From the NCBI RefSeq assembly GCF_006345805.1, contig NC_042998.1, positions 152,582,001-152,646,000 on the forward strand: a stretch of 64,000 nucleotides of DNA. The letters are read 5' to 3'. The translations under genes were made by a program, and so were the position numbers. Below, piece by piece: positions 12,101-25,459 of this stretch. The stretch comes from Octopus sinensis. Lineage: Eukaryota. Position 1 is the stretch's first letter, and every line of letters begins with the position of its first letter. The notes beneath the pieces are model-generated. The model saw nothing but the letters and a program-made list of their open reading frames with translations. It was not told where the DNA came from and searched no databases.

Positions 12101-13517
12101 ATATCTACATCAGTTTTTTGAGAACAGGGAAATGAATAGTACTTATTCGCTACTTAATTGAGGCTTTATTTAATTTCAAACTCGCAATTTTTAAATTCTT
12201 AATTTAAATCTTAATTGTAATATTTAATTTTAATTCCTAACTTAATCTAATTTAAATAGCATAACTCTAATAAATTATAATTAGTTAGTAGCCCCATAAT
12301 TCTATTTCATAATTAAATAAATAAGGCTATTCCCTCGGTGATAATATGATTATCTTCATTAGGATAGACAATCCCCTAACACCTTGTAAATGATCTTATA
12401 AGATTTGACCTGTAGTCGGTCAATGTATGAATAATAACGACAACTCCTTAGACAATAAAATGAATAAATTAAATAAGTAAATTTTTAATGACTTTTTGAT
12501 AAGATTATACTTAGATTTTCCTAATGTATTTTCTGGTGATTTTAGCATCTGACCCCTTAACCCCTGACTGTGTTATCTCTTTAGATTCTCTTTAAACTCA
12601 TAGCTGATTTCAACAGCAATAAATTAACGGTTTACTGGTCAAAGAATAATATTCCCCCTCCAGTTCCTAGATGCCTGTTGATTAAAACCAGACTTACAGT
12701 CTACTAGCTCTTCTGTATAACTAGAACCCTCTTTTTTCTTTTCTTTTTTTCCCTTCTTTCCCTATTCTTTCTCTTTTCTCTTTTCTCTTCTTTTTCTTCT
12801 TCTTATTCTCTGTTTTCTTTTTCTCTCTTTTAGTCCCCCTTTCCCCCCTTTTTTGCTCTCCTCCTCCATTATTTTCTCTCTTTTCTTCTATTCCCTTCTC
12901 TATTCTGGCCGATCTAGTAAGCCCTTCAACCTTTAAGAGTTAAATAGCTACAGCCTCTTGTGAATAGCAGTAGTGTGATTAATATGGCAAACACCTAATC
13001 ATATAAACAAGGATTGGTACCTACCTCATTGTGTTCACCATTGTAAAATTTATCGCCTGTGAATATGAAATTCATCTCCATTTCTCTGGAAATTTACATC
13101 TACACCATTGGAATCTGTGCATATATACAAAGGATTAATTCACCCTCTCTGTAATGCTAATAACAATGGATAAATTTGTCTTCTGTGAGTATATAATCCC
13201 TCATCATATCTATGGAAATTCATATGGATTAGGTCACCTTCTCTGTGATGCTATCAAAACTTTTTTAAAATTCTGTGATAAGACTATACATCACCTTTAA
13301 GGAACTTTAATGAACTTTAGAAATCTGTTTAATTATCTACATTACTTCATGAGTATAGCCTCAAACACTAGGATGTCTAGAGAACTTACATGTATTTTAG
13401 CTGATGAGTACGGGACTCGTTTATATGCTGTAATCTTTGCAACTTTTAATAAAACCTGTCCTTGTATGAAACGATCGTACTAAAAACCTATCCATTCTTG
13501 TTGCTTCTTTCTCGCGT
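9150..13517 (+). mobile_element. Penelope-like element family A, near full length (RT + C-terminal GIY-YIG; resembles the Hydra clade)
   Basis: ORF pieces 9162-11987 joined by several frameshifts. Motifs: FIRRIRWK, VPADKTGNMY, FIQFDINSYY, PMGSSDSAE, LYRDD, ISYSTLPNM, CKCRIKSKCP, VIY..YIG, CQLC..E, LLN..E..C.H, stop 11985-87. Then 1.5-kb 3' region with HHR. (TA)n on both sides. Confidence 0.9.
13395..13485 (+). ncRNA. Type I hammerhead ribozyme (PLE-A 3' end)
   Basis: Stem I TTTTAG/CTAAAA; core CTGATGA 13401-07; stem II GTACGGGAC/GTCC(T)TGTAT with 41-nt loop; GAAA 13468-71; palindromic CGATCG; GUA cleavage after 13479. Confidence 0.85.
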
Positions 13518-15405
<1,888 letters not shown>

Positions 15406-15411
15406 AGAAGG

Positions 15412-15462
15412 AGCTTCTACAGGACTAGAACTGTTTCATTCAAGAGAAATCTTCAGGAAGCT
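15412..15462 (-). ncRNA. Hammerhead ribozyme, PLE-B (inverted copy)
   Basis: Reverse complement of 17401-17451. Confidence 0.7.
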
Positions 15463-15720
15463 GGTTAACAAGAATTGTATTGGCTTTATACATTTAGGCA
15501 GGTTTAAAGGGGTGTTGGTGGGGGACTTTTTTGGGGGTAGGCATAGCGCAAAAAGTCATACTTGGGGGAGTGGTCAAGGAGTCAGTGTAAAATTAGATAG
15601 GAGAATAAATAAAAAAATAAAAAATAGAAAATAAAAAAAATAAAAATAAAAAAATAATAAAATAAAAATAAAAAAATAAAAAAATATATATAAGTATGTA
15701 TATATATGTATGTATGTGTA

Positions 15721-15775
<55 letters not shown>

Positions 15776-15844
15776 GTGTATGTGTATATGCAGGTGTATG
15801 TGTGTATGTATATATTTATATATATGTGTGTGTATGTATGTATG

Positions 15845-15911
<67 letters not shown>

Positions 15912-16081
15912 ATATATATCTATGTGTGTAAGTTTATTATATGTATGTATCCGTCTATATAATAGGTAACTGCACGTACATATATTTAATATGTTTTTTT
16001 GAGTATGCATGTATGAATAACTGCGCGTATATATATTTACTATTTACTTATTTTTTGAGTATGCATGTTAGTATGAATATA

Positions 16082-16121
<40 letters not shown>

Positions 16122-16258
16122 GTATATGTATGTTATATATGTACATGTATGTATTTGTATGTAGGTGTACATGTATGTATGTGTGTGTATTTATATTTAT
16201 GGGTGTATATGTATAGACTAGCCTTCTAAGAGTGTAGACATGAATCTGTAGGTACGCG

Positions 16259-16297
<39 letters not shown>

Positions 16298-17400
16298 GTA
16301 CATGTATGTATTTGTATGTAGGTGTACGTGTATGTGTGTGTATTTATATTTATTGGTGTATATGTATTGACTAGCCTTCTAAGAGTGTAGACATGAATCT
16401 GTAGGTACGCGTACGTATGTGTATATACGTGAATGTATGTAGATGTATGTATGTATGAATATAACGCGTGCGTGCGTGTATGCGTATGAGTGTACGAATG
16501 AGTGAGTGTACGTGCTAAAGAGTGTGCGTGAGTGAATGAGTAATTGTTTTCCAGATAAATGGTCTGGCTGTCATAGCCAAGATGTTTGTGACCTAGCGGC
16601 CAAAGATAACAAAAGTAATAAACGAAGATAATAAAATTAAAATTAGGGAATGGGTCTGTATTTGTATATGTATATATATATGTGTGTATGTGTAGGTATG
16701 CATAGGTACACATATGTATATATATGTGTATATATATATATATGTGTATGTATATATATGTGTATATGTATGTGTATGTATGTATATATATATGTGTATG
16801 TATGTGTGGGTGTATATATATGTGTTATGTGTATATATGTGTATATAGGGACTTGTGTGCTGTGTGTGCATGTGTGTGTATGGATTTGTGTGTGTATGCG
16901 TGTATGTGAGTATGTGTGTGTATGTGTATATATATATTTTTCTGTGTGTATATGTAATGTTGTGTGCGTGTGTGTGTATATATACATGTGTGTATACGTG
17001 TATGCAAGTGAGTGTGTGTATGTATGCATATATATGTGTATGTGTAGATATGTATATGTATGTGTGAGTGTATATAGGTGTGTATGTGTAGAGGTATAAG
17101 TGAGAATCTCTTATTTACCTAAAACTCTATTCCCCCCTTTAATATATATATATTATATATTTTTTTTTATTTTTTATTTTTATTTTTATTATTTTTTTAT
17201 TTTTTTATATTTTTTTATTTTCTATTTTTTATTTTTTATTTTTTATTTTTTATTTATTCTCCTATCTAATTTTACACTGACTCCTTGACCACTCCCCCAA
17301 GTATGACTTTTTGCACTATGCCTACCCCCAAAAAAGTCCCCCACCAACACCCCTTTAAACCTGCCTAAATGTATAAATGCCAATACAATTCTTGTTAACC

Positions 17401-17451
17401 AGCTTCCTGAAGATTTCTCTTGAATGAAACAGTTCTAGTCCTGTAGAAGCT
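17401..17451 (+). ncRNA. Type I hammerhead ribozyme, PLE-B
   Basis: AGCTTC-CTGAAGA-T TTC TCTT GAA T-GAAA-CAG TTCTAGTC CTG-TA^GAAGCT: 6-bp stem I, 3-bp stem II with U-U at its base, 4-bp stem III, GUA site. Confidence 0.72.
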
Positions 17452-17545
17452 CCTTCTATATAATAAATTAATTTTACTCTGCTATGTATTGAGTACCTTA
17501 TTACTGTGGTTAACCCCGAATCAACCCGGGACCTACATATTTTAT

Positions 17546-17611
17546 ATATATATATTTATATATATATAATATATTATATATATTAATATATATTTTTTAT
17601 ATTAATATATA

Positions 17612-17647
<36 letters not shown>

Positions 17648-17732
17648 AAATATATATATATATATATTTTTTATATATAATATATATATTTATATATATT
17701 ATATATATATATATATATTATTTTATATATAA

Positions 17733-17770
<38 letters not shown>

Positions 17771-17883
17771 TATATAAATATATATATTATATATATATAA
17801 TATATATTATATATATATTTTTATATAATATATATATTTATAATATATATATATTTTTATATAAATATATATATTATATATTT

Positions 17884-17914
<31 letters not shown>

Positions 17915-18238
17915 ATATTTTATTATATATATATATATTTATATATATATATTTTTATATATATATATATATTTTTATTATATATATATATATTATATAT
18001 TTATATTTTATTTTTATATATATATATATATTTATATTTTTATATATAATATATTTTTATATATATATATATTTATATATATATATATATATATTTATAA
18101 TATATATATATTTTTATATATATATATATACTATATATATATTATATATATATATATTATATATATATATATTTTTATATATATAATATATATTAAATAT
18201 TATATATATAATATAATTTTTATATATATATATATTTT

Positions 18239-18269
<31 letters not shown>

Positions 18270-18276
18270 ATATTTT

Positions 18277-18309
<33 letters not shown>

Positions 18310-18554
18310 ATATATTTTATATATATATATATATATTTATATATCTAATATATATATATATTTACTATATTATTATATATATATTTATATTTTTTATATA
18401 ATATATTTATATATTTATATATATATATTTATATATTTATATATATATATTATATATTTATATATATATATATTATATATATATATATATATATAATATA
18501 TATATTATTATATATATATATATATATCTATATATATATATATTATATATATTA
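17546..18554. repeat. Imperfect (TA)n microsatellite
   Basis: Directly visible. Confidence 0.95.
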
Positions 18555-21372
18555 TTCTGATCCCCCTAGTCGCCACTCTGTTTACTATTTCAGCCTCGCC
18601 TCGTTTTTGCATATTCTGTATAATTCACTAGTTATCGTTATAGATATTTAAGATCTATCTCCCTTACAGGGCTGATTAGAATTGGCTGCCGGTTCTTCGC
18701 GGGGTTTCTCTCCCCCTCTTTTTACATTGTCTGTCTGGACTCCTCTTCCTACTCCTCGACATGGCTATGCATACTTAAGCTAGTAACCTGCCTCACTCTT
18801 GATTCCGAATCCTTTTGCCAAGTTGTCCGTAAACGAAGTGATCCCAAGATAAGAAATCTTTGAACTTTAATTCATCCGTATCTCTATTTATTATTATTAT
18901 TTATTAATTATTATTATTCTGATCCCCCTAGTCGCCACTCTGTTTACTATTTCAGCCTCGCCTCGTTTTTGCATATTCTGTATAATTCACTAGTTATCGT
19001 TATAGATATTTAAAATCTAACTCCCTTACAGGGCTGATTAGAAATTGGCTGCCGGTTCTTCGCGGGGTTTCTCTCCCCCTCTTTTTACATTGTCTGTCTG
19101 GACTCCTCTTCCTACTCCTCGACATGGCTATGCATACTTAAGCTAGTAACCTGCCTCACTCTTGATTCCGAATTCCTTTTGCCAAGTCTGTCCGTAAACG
19201 AAGTGATCCCAAGATAAGAAATCTTTGAACTTTAATACATCCGTATCTCTATTTATTATTATTATTTATAATTATTATTATTCTGATCCCCCTAGTCGCC
19301 ACTCTGGTTTACTATTTCAGCCTCGCCTCGTTTTTGCATATTCTGTATAATTCACTAGTTATCGTTATAGATATTAAGATCTATCTCCTTACAGGGCTGA
19401 TAGAAATTGGCTGCCGGTTCTTCGCGGGGTTTCTCTCCCCCTTTTTACATTGTCTGTCTGGACTCCTCTCCTACTCCTCGACATGGCTATGCATACTTAA
19501 GCTAGTAACCTGCTCACTCTTGATTCCGAATTCCTTTTGCCAAGTCTGTCCATAAACGAAGTGATCCCAAGATAAGAAATCTTTGAACTTTAATTCATCC
19601 GTATCTCTATTTATTATTATTATTTATTAATTATTATTATTCTGATCCCCCTAGTCGCCACTCTGTTTACTATTTCAGCCTCGCCTCGTTTTTGCATATT
19701 CTGTATAATTCACTAGTTATCGTTATAGATATTTAAGATCTATCTCCCTTACAGGGCTGATTAGAAATTGGCTGCCGGTTCTTCGCGGGGTTTCTCTCCC
19801 CCTCTTTTTACATTGTCTGTCTGGACTCCTCTTCCTACTCCTCGACATGGCTATGCATACTTAAGCTAGTAACCTGCCTCACTCTTGATTCCGAATTCCT
19901 GCCTCTGTGACGTGGGCACATAACAACACCATCCGATTGTGGCCGTTCGCCAGCCTCATCTGGCACCTGTGTCGGTGGCACATAAAAACACCAACCGAAG
20001 ACCCGGCAAGACTAGTCAGGCCATAACCCGTGGACCCTACTTGGGACGTAGTCAGTCCCCTGTGCATACCTTCCTTCCTTCCTGTGACACTTGTGAAGAC
20101 CTGTGAAGACCTGTTGAGGCAAGTGAAATCAAATCAAATCAAATCAAAATAGATGAACATCAATGGAATTTGTATCTTTGTGGTACCAGTGCCGGTGGCA
20201 CACAAGAAAACCATCCGAACATGGCCGTAGCCAGTACCGCATCGACTGGCCTCCGTGCTGTGGGCACGTAACAAACACCATCCGATCGTGGCCGTTCGCC
20301 AGCCTCATCTGGCACCTGTGTTGGTGGCACATAAAAACACCATCCGAAGACCAGGCAAGACTAGTCAGGCCATAACCCGTGGCCCCTACCTGGGACGTAG
20401 TCAGTCCACCTGTGCATACCTTCCTTCTTGTGACACTTGTGAAGACCTGTTGAGGCAAGTGAAAATCAAATCAAAACAAATCAAAATAGATGAACATCAA
20501 TGGAATTTGTATCTTTGTGGTACCAGTGCCGGTGGCACACAAGAAAATGATCCTAACGTGGCCGTAGCCAGTACCGCATAGACTGGCCTCCGTGCTTTGG
20601 GGACGTAACAAACACCATCCGATCGTGGCCGTCCGCCAGCCTCATCTGGCACCTGTGTCGGTGGCACATAAAAACACCATCCGAACGTGGCCGTCTGCCA
20701 GCCTCATCTGGCACCTGTGTCGGTGGCACATAAAAACACCATCCGAGCGTGGCCGTTCGCCAGCCTCGTCTGGCACCTGTGTCGGTGGCACATAAAATCA
20801 CCCACTACACTCTCGGAGTGGTTGGCGTTAGGAAGGGCATCCAGCTGTAGAAACACTGCCAGATCTGACTGGCCTGGTGCAGCCTTCGGGCTCCCCAGAC
20901 CCCAGTTGAACCGTCCAACCCATGCTAGCATGGAAAACGGACGCTAAATGATGATGATGATGAAGTCTGTCCGTAAACGAAGTGATCCCAAGATAAGAAA
21001 ATCTTTGAAATTTAATTCATCCGTATCTCTATTTATTATTATTATTCTGATCCCCCTAGTCGCCACTCTGTTTACTATTTCAGCCTCGCCTCGTTTTTGC
21101 ATATTCTGTATAATTCACTAGTTATCGTTATAGATATTTAAGATCTATCTCCCTTACAGGGCTGATTAGAAATTGGCTGCCGGTTCTTCGCGGGGTTTCT
21201 CTCCCCCTCTTTTTACATTGTCTGTCTGGACTCCTCTTCCTACTCCTCGACATGGCTATGCATACTTAAGCTAGTAACCTGCCTCACTCTTGATTCCGAA
21301 TTCCTTTTGCCAAGTTGTCCGTAAACGAAGTGATCCCAAGATAAGAAATCTTTGAACTTTAATTCATCCGTA
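18555..21372 (-). repeat. ~362-bp tandem satellite (about 5 visible units), same family as 52498-59398 in opposite orientation
   Basis: Unit starts ttctgatcccc at 18555, 18917, 19281, 19640 and 21045; fourth unit interrupted at 19901-20962; runs into the N gap. Confidence 0.93.
19901..20962 (+). mobile_element. RTE LINE 3' end with internal ~350-bp tandem duplication, inserted in the satellite
   Basis: gaagacccggcaagactag (ORF end EKTRQD*) at 19997 and 20346; 60-bp ggtggcacataaaaacaccatccg repeats; (GAT)n tail ending 20962; satellite resumes at 20963. Confidence 0.85.
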
Positions 21373-21472
21373 NNNNNNNNNNNNNNNNNNNNNNNNNNNN
21401 NNNNNNNNNNNNNNNNNNNNNNNNNNNNNNNNNNNNNNNNNNNNNNNNNNNNNNNNNNNNNNNNNNNNNNNN
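21373..21472. other. Assembly gap (100 N)
   Basis: Run of N. Confidence 1.
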
Positions 21473-22155
21473 CAGCCAGTCCATTTATCTGTCTACTGGA
21501 AAACAAGCACTCATTCACTCACGCACATCTTTAGCACGTACTCTCACTCATTCGTACACTCATACACATACACGCAAAACGCACGCGTTATATTCATACA
21601 TACATACCCTCTACATACATTCACGTATTACACATACGTACGCGTACCTACAGATTATGTCTACACTCTTAGAAGGCTAGTCTATATATATATACCAATA
21701 AATATAAATGACACACACATACATTACACCTACATACAAATACATACATGTATATATTATATATATAATATAATATATATATATATATACACACACATAC
21801 ATACACATACACATATATACAACACAATAAGATACACACACATATACATATATATACACTAACGCACATACACATGTACATGCGTAACCATAACACACAC
21901 ACACACGCGCGCATCCATATATACACATAAGTACACACATGCGTAAAGTATACATATAATCTATGCTTACACATACACACAACACACACGCGCCTCCTTT
22001 ATTCATACTTACATGCATACTCAAAATAAGTAAATAGTAAAAATATATATACGCGCAGTTATTCGTACATGCGTACTCAAAAAATAAATAATAAATATTA
22101 AAGTATATGTACGTGCAGTTACCTATTATATAGACGGATACATACATATAAACTT

Positions 22156-22197
<42 letters not shown>

Positions 22198-24258
22198 CAT
22201 CTATACACATACAAATACACATAATATATACATACACATATATATACACACACACACATACACATACATATATACATATATATACTTATTACACACATGT
22301 ACATATAAATACACACATAGATAACTCTACGTACCTACATATGCATAAACACACGAGCGTACGCGCATATTTACATATACACATACACATACACACGCAT
22401 ATATATACATACATACATACACATACACACATGTATACACACACACACATATATATATATTTATATATATATATACATACATATACACATATATATATAT
22501 ATACATATATATATACATATACATATATATATATATATACATATACACACACATACACATATATATACACACACACACCACACATACATACACACATACA
22601 TACACATAACATACATATACACACACGTATACACATATAATATAATAACATACACACAACATATATACATGTGTGCAAAAATACAACATTCTCATACAAG
22701 CAGACACACTTACATTTACATATATACACACATTACACACATATATACATACACATATAACATACATACATACATACATACGTATATGCATACATACACA
22801 CACACACCATACATATAATATATATATATACATACATACATACATACATATACACATACCCATACATATATATACACACATATACATATACACATGCACC
22901 ACGACTTACATATCTTCACTCGCATATACATATATATATATATATATATATACTTTACATATACACACACATACATATACCTATATAATGTATATATAAC
23001 AATACACATATATACACATCTATAATTTGTATCTACACTCACATACCTGCACATACACATAACTCTACATACCTACATATACATCGACATACTCGGTACA
23101 CTCATATATATACACATATATACATATACACACACACATACATATACATATACATATAATAAATATTACATACATAATACACATATACACAACATACATA
23201 TATGCATAACATATATGTATATATATATATATATATATTATATAATACACACACACCACACACATACATATAATATATATTATATATATATATTATATAT
23301 ATATATATATATATACATACATACATACATACCCATATACATAAGTACATATACACATACACCCACACATATATACACACACATACATATACAACACACT
23401 GAGGGTAACAAAAAAAGTTAATTAGTTATTAATCAATTTCACCAGTATTCAGTATGTAAAAGGACCATTATTTTTATGAGTAAACAATGTCTGAGGGAAA
23501 ATATTCTCTAAGTAGTGGAAGAGGCTAAAAAAACTTTTTTGGCTGCTATTTCTAGAAAGTTCATATTCGGCAAAGCAATCCATTTCACTAAGCCCTAATT
23601 ATATAATATTTTATACAACATACACATACATACACACATACAGATACACATACATATGCATACACACATGATACACATATACAAGCGTGCACATACAATA
23701 TGTGAGAGGTCTTAGGAGAAAAGGTAATCGGGGGTGCTAGGGGAACGGTGGGTTTGGGGGGTTTTTGTGGGTGGGGTGTCATCAATCTGGTTGCCGGGTA
23801 GGTCTATAGTTCTTGTAGTTCGCATACTTCTTATGCATACAATTTGGGGAGTGTTCTGAGATTTTGTTAAGGAGAGGGCCTTTGGCGAACAAGATCTCTA
23901 GGCTCTCCGATATGCAGAGGTCACAGCAGGTATGGCCTCCTGTGTACGAGCGCGCCTTCTGTAGTAGTTTCCACTTGGTCTCCACTAGGAACTCCATCCC
24001 CTTCAAGACCAAGTGGAAACTACTACAGAAGGCGCGCTCGTACACAGGAGGCCATGCTATGCCGACCCCCAAAAAAGTCCCCTGCCTAAATGTATAAATG
24101 CCAATACAATTCTTGTTAACTAGCTTCCTGAAGATTTCTCTTGAATGAAACAGTTAGTCCTGTAGAAGCTCCTTCTATATAATAAATTAATTTTACTCTG
24201 CTATGTATTGAGTACCTTATTACTGTGGTTAAACCCCGAATCAACCCGGGACCATACA
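21473..24258 (-). mobile_element. PLE family B copy: GIY-YIG C-terminus and CA/TG-rich 3' region on minus strand, inverted junction, then + strand pLTR
   Basis: Minus strand KWKLLQKARSYTGGHTCCDLCISESLEILFAKGPLLNKISEHSPNCMH...* (stop 23782-84). 21473-22290 mirrors 15690-16575. pLTR at 24060-24258. Confidence 0.82.
24122..24170 (+). ncRNA. Hammerhead ribozyme, PLE-B third copy
   Basis: Identical to 17401-17451 except loop III is TTAGTC. Confidence 0.7.
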
Positions 24259-24266
24259 TATATATA

Positions 24267-24298
<32 letters not shown>

Positions 24299-24384
24299 GT
24301 ATATCTATATACATATATGTATATATACATATATGTATATATACATTATGTATATATACATATATGTATATATATATATATATG

Positions 24385-24770
24385 TATATTATGTAACGGG
24401 AAGCTTTATGAAAATAAACAAAAGACGAAGGCAGGTGGAAAACAAACGAACAATTGTATTAGTATGGCGCTCAGGAAATATAAATAAAACAAGTCTTTAA
24501 CGTTTCGAGCCTACGCTCTTCAACAGAAAGATACACAGAGAGAGAAAAACACAGAAAGAAGGAGAGAAAAAAAATGCGTGCAGTAGCTAACGAATCAACA
24601 TGGCGATCTGATTTCGGCCAGAGGTCAAAGATCAAACATGAGACGCGAGAGCGAAATAAGGGGAGATAATAGGGTTGATAAATGGGTTGAGGGACCAGCT
24701 AAAAGTGCGTGGGAGGGGTCTGGATGTGTGTATGTATAGGGTTGGTGTATGTATTAGTATGTATAAGGGT
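24385..24770 (-). mobile_element. PLE family C pLTR-like fragment in (TA)n
   Basis: Unique segment between TA tracts carrying a minimal HHR; pyrimidine-rich stretch upstream of the ribozyme. Confidence 0.65.
24494..24531 (-). ncRNA. Minimal hammerhead ribozyme with A6U core variant
   Basis: Minus strand TCTTT-CTGTTGA-A-GAGC GTAG GCTC-GAAA-CG-TT^AAAGA: 5-bp stem I, 4-bp stem II, palindromic AACGTT stem III. Confidence 0.75.
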
Positions 24771-24775
24771 GTATG

Positions 24776-24822
<47 letters not shown>

Positions 24823-25043
24823 GTATATATATAAACAAATCAAATTGCGATAAAATAAAAATAATTATAATCGCTGGTATTACTCACATATATACACATA
24901 TAATATATATGTATATATATATACATATATACATATATATATATATGTATATATATATACATATATACATATAATATATATACATATATACATATATATA
25001 TATATATGTATATATATATACATATATACATATATATATATAT

Positions 25044-25095
<52 letters not shown>

Positions 25096-25149
25096 GTATA
25101 TATATATACATATATACATATATATATATATATGTATATATTATATATA

Positions 25150-25195
<46 letters not shown>

Positions 25196-25459
25196 GCTGC
25201 CATGATTATATTTATTCCATAAAGACACAACATTAAGAATAATGGTTATTATAGTAACCATATTTTTGTGAGCAAATTCTCATGGAGGAATATGCAATAT
25301 GAAAATAATCTGTACTCAGTAAACTGGATCCTCTTAAAACTAGTTATATCTATTTTTGTTCATTGCACAATCTATTGATATATTATTCCAACAAACTTCT
25401 CAATGACTCATGCGTAGTTGAAATATATCTACTCTTTGATATGTTAGTTTGGAAGATCA

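Larger units (their letters stand above)
15407..17545 (+). mobile_element. PLE family B 3' fragment with inverted 5' end (15407-15690 inverted pLTR; 15690-17545 3' region plus pLTR)
   Basis: 15407-15690 is the reverse complement of ~17160-17460. Same pLTR at 24060-24258. Flanked by (TA)n. Confidence 0.8.
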
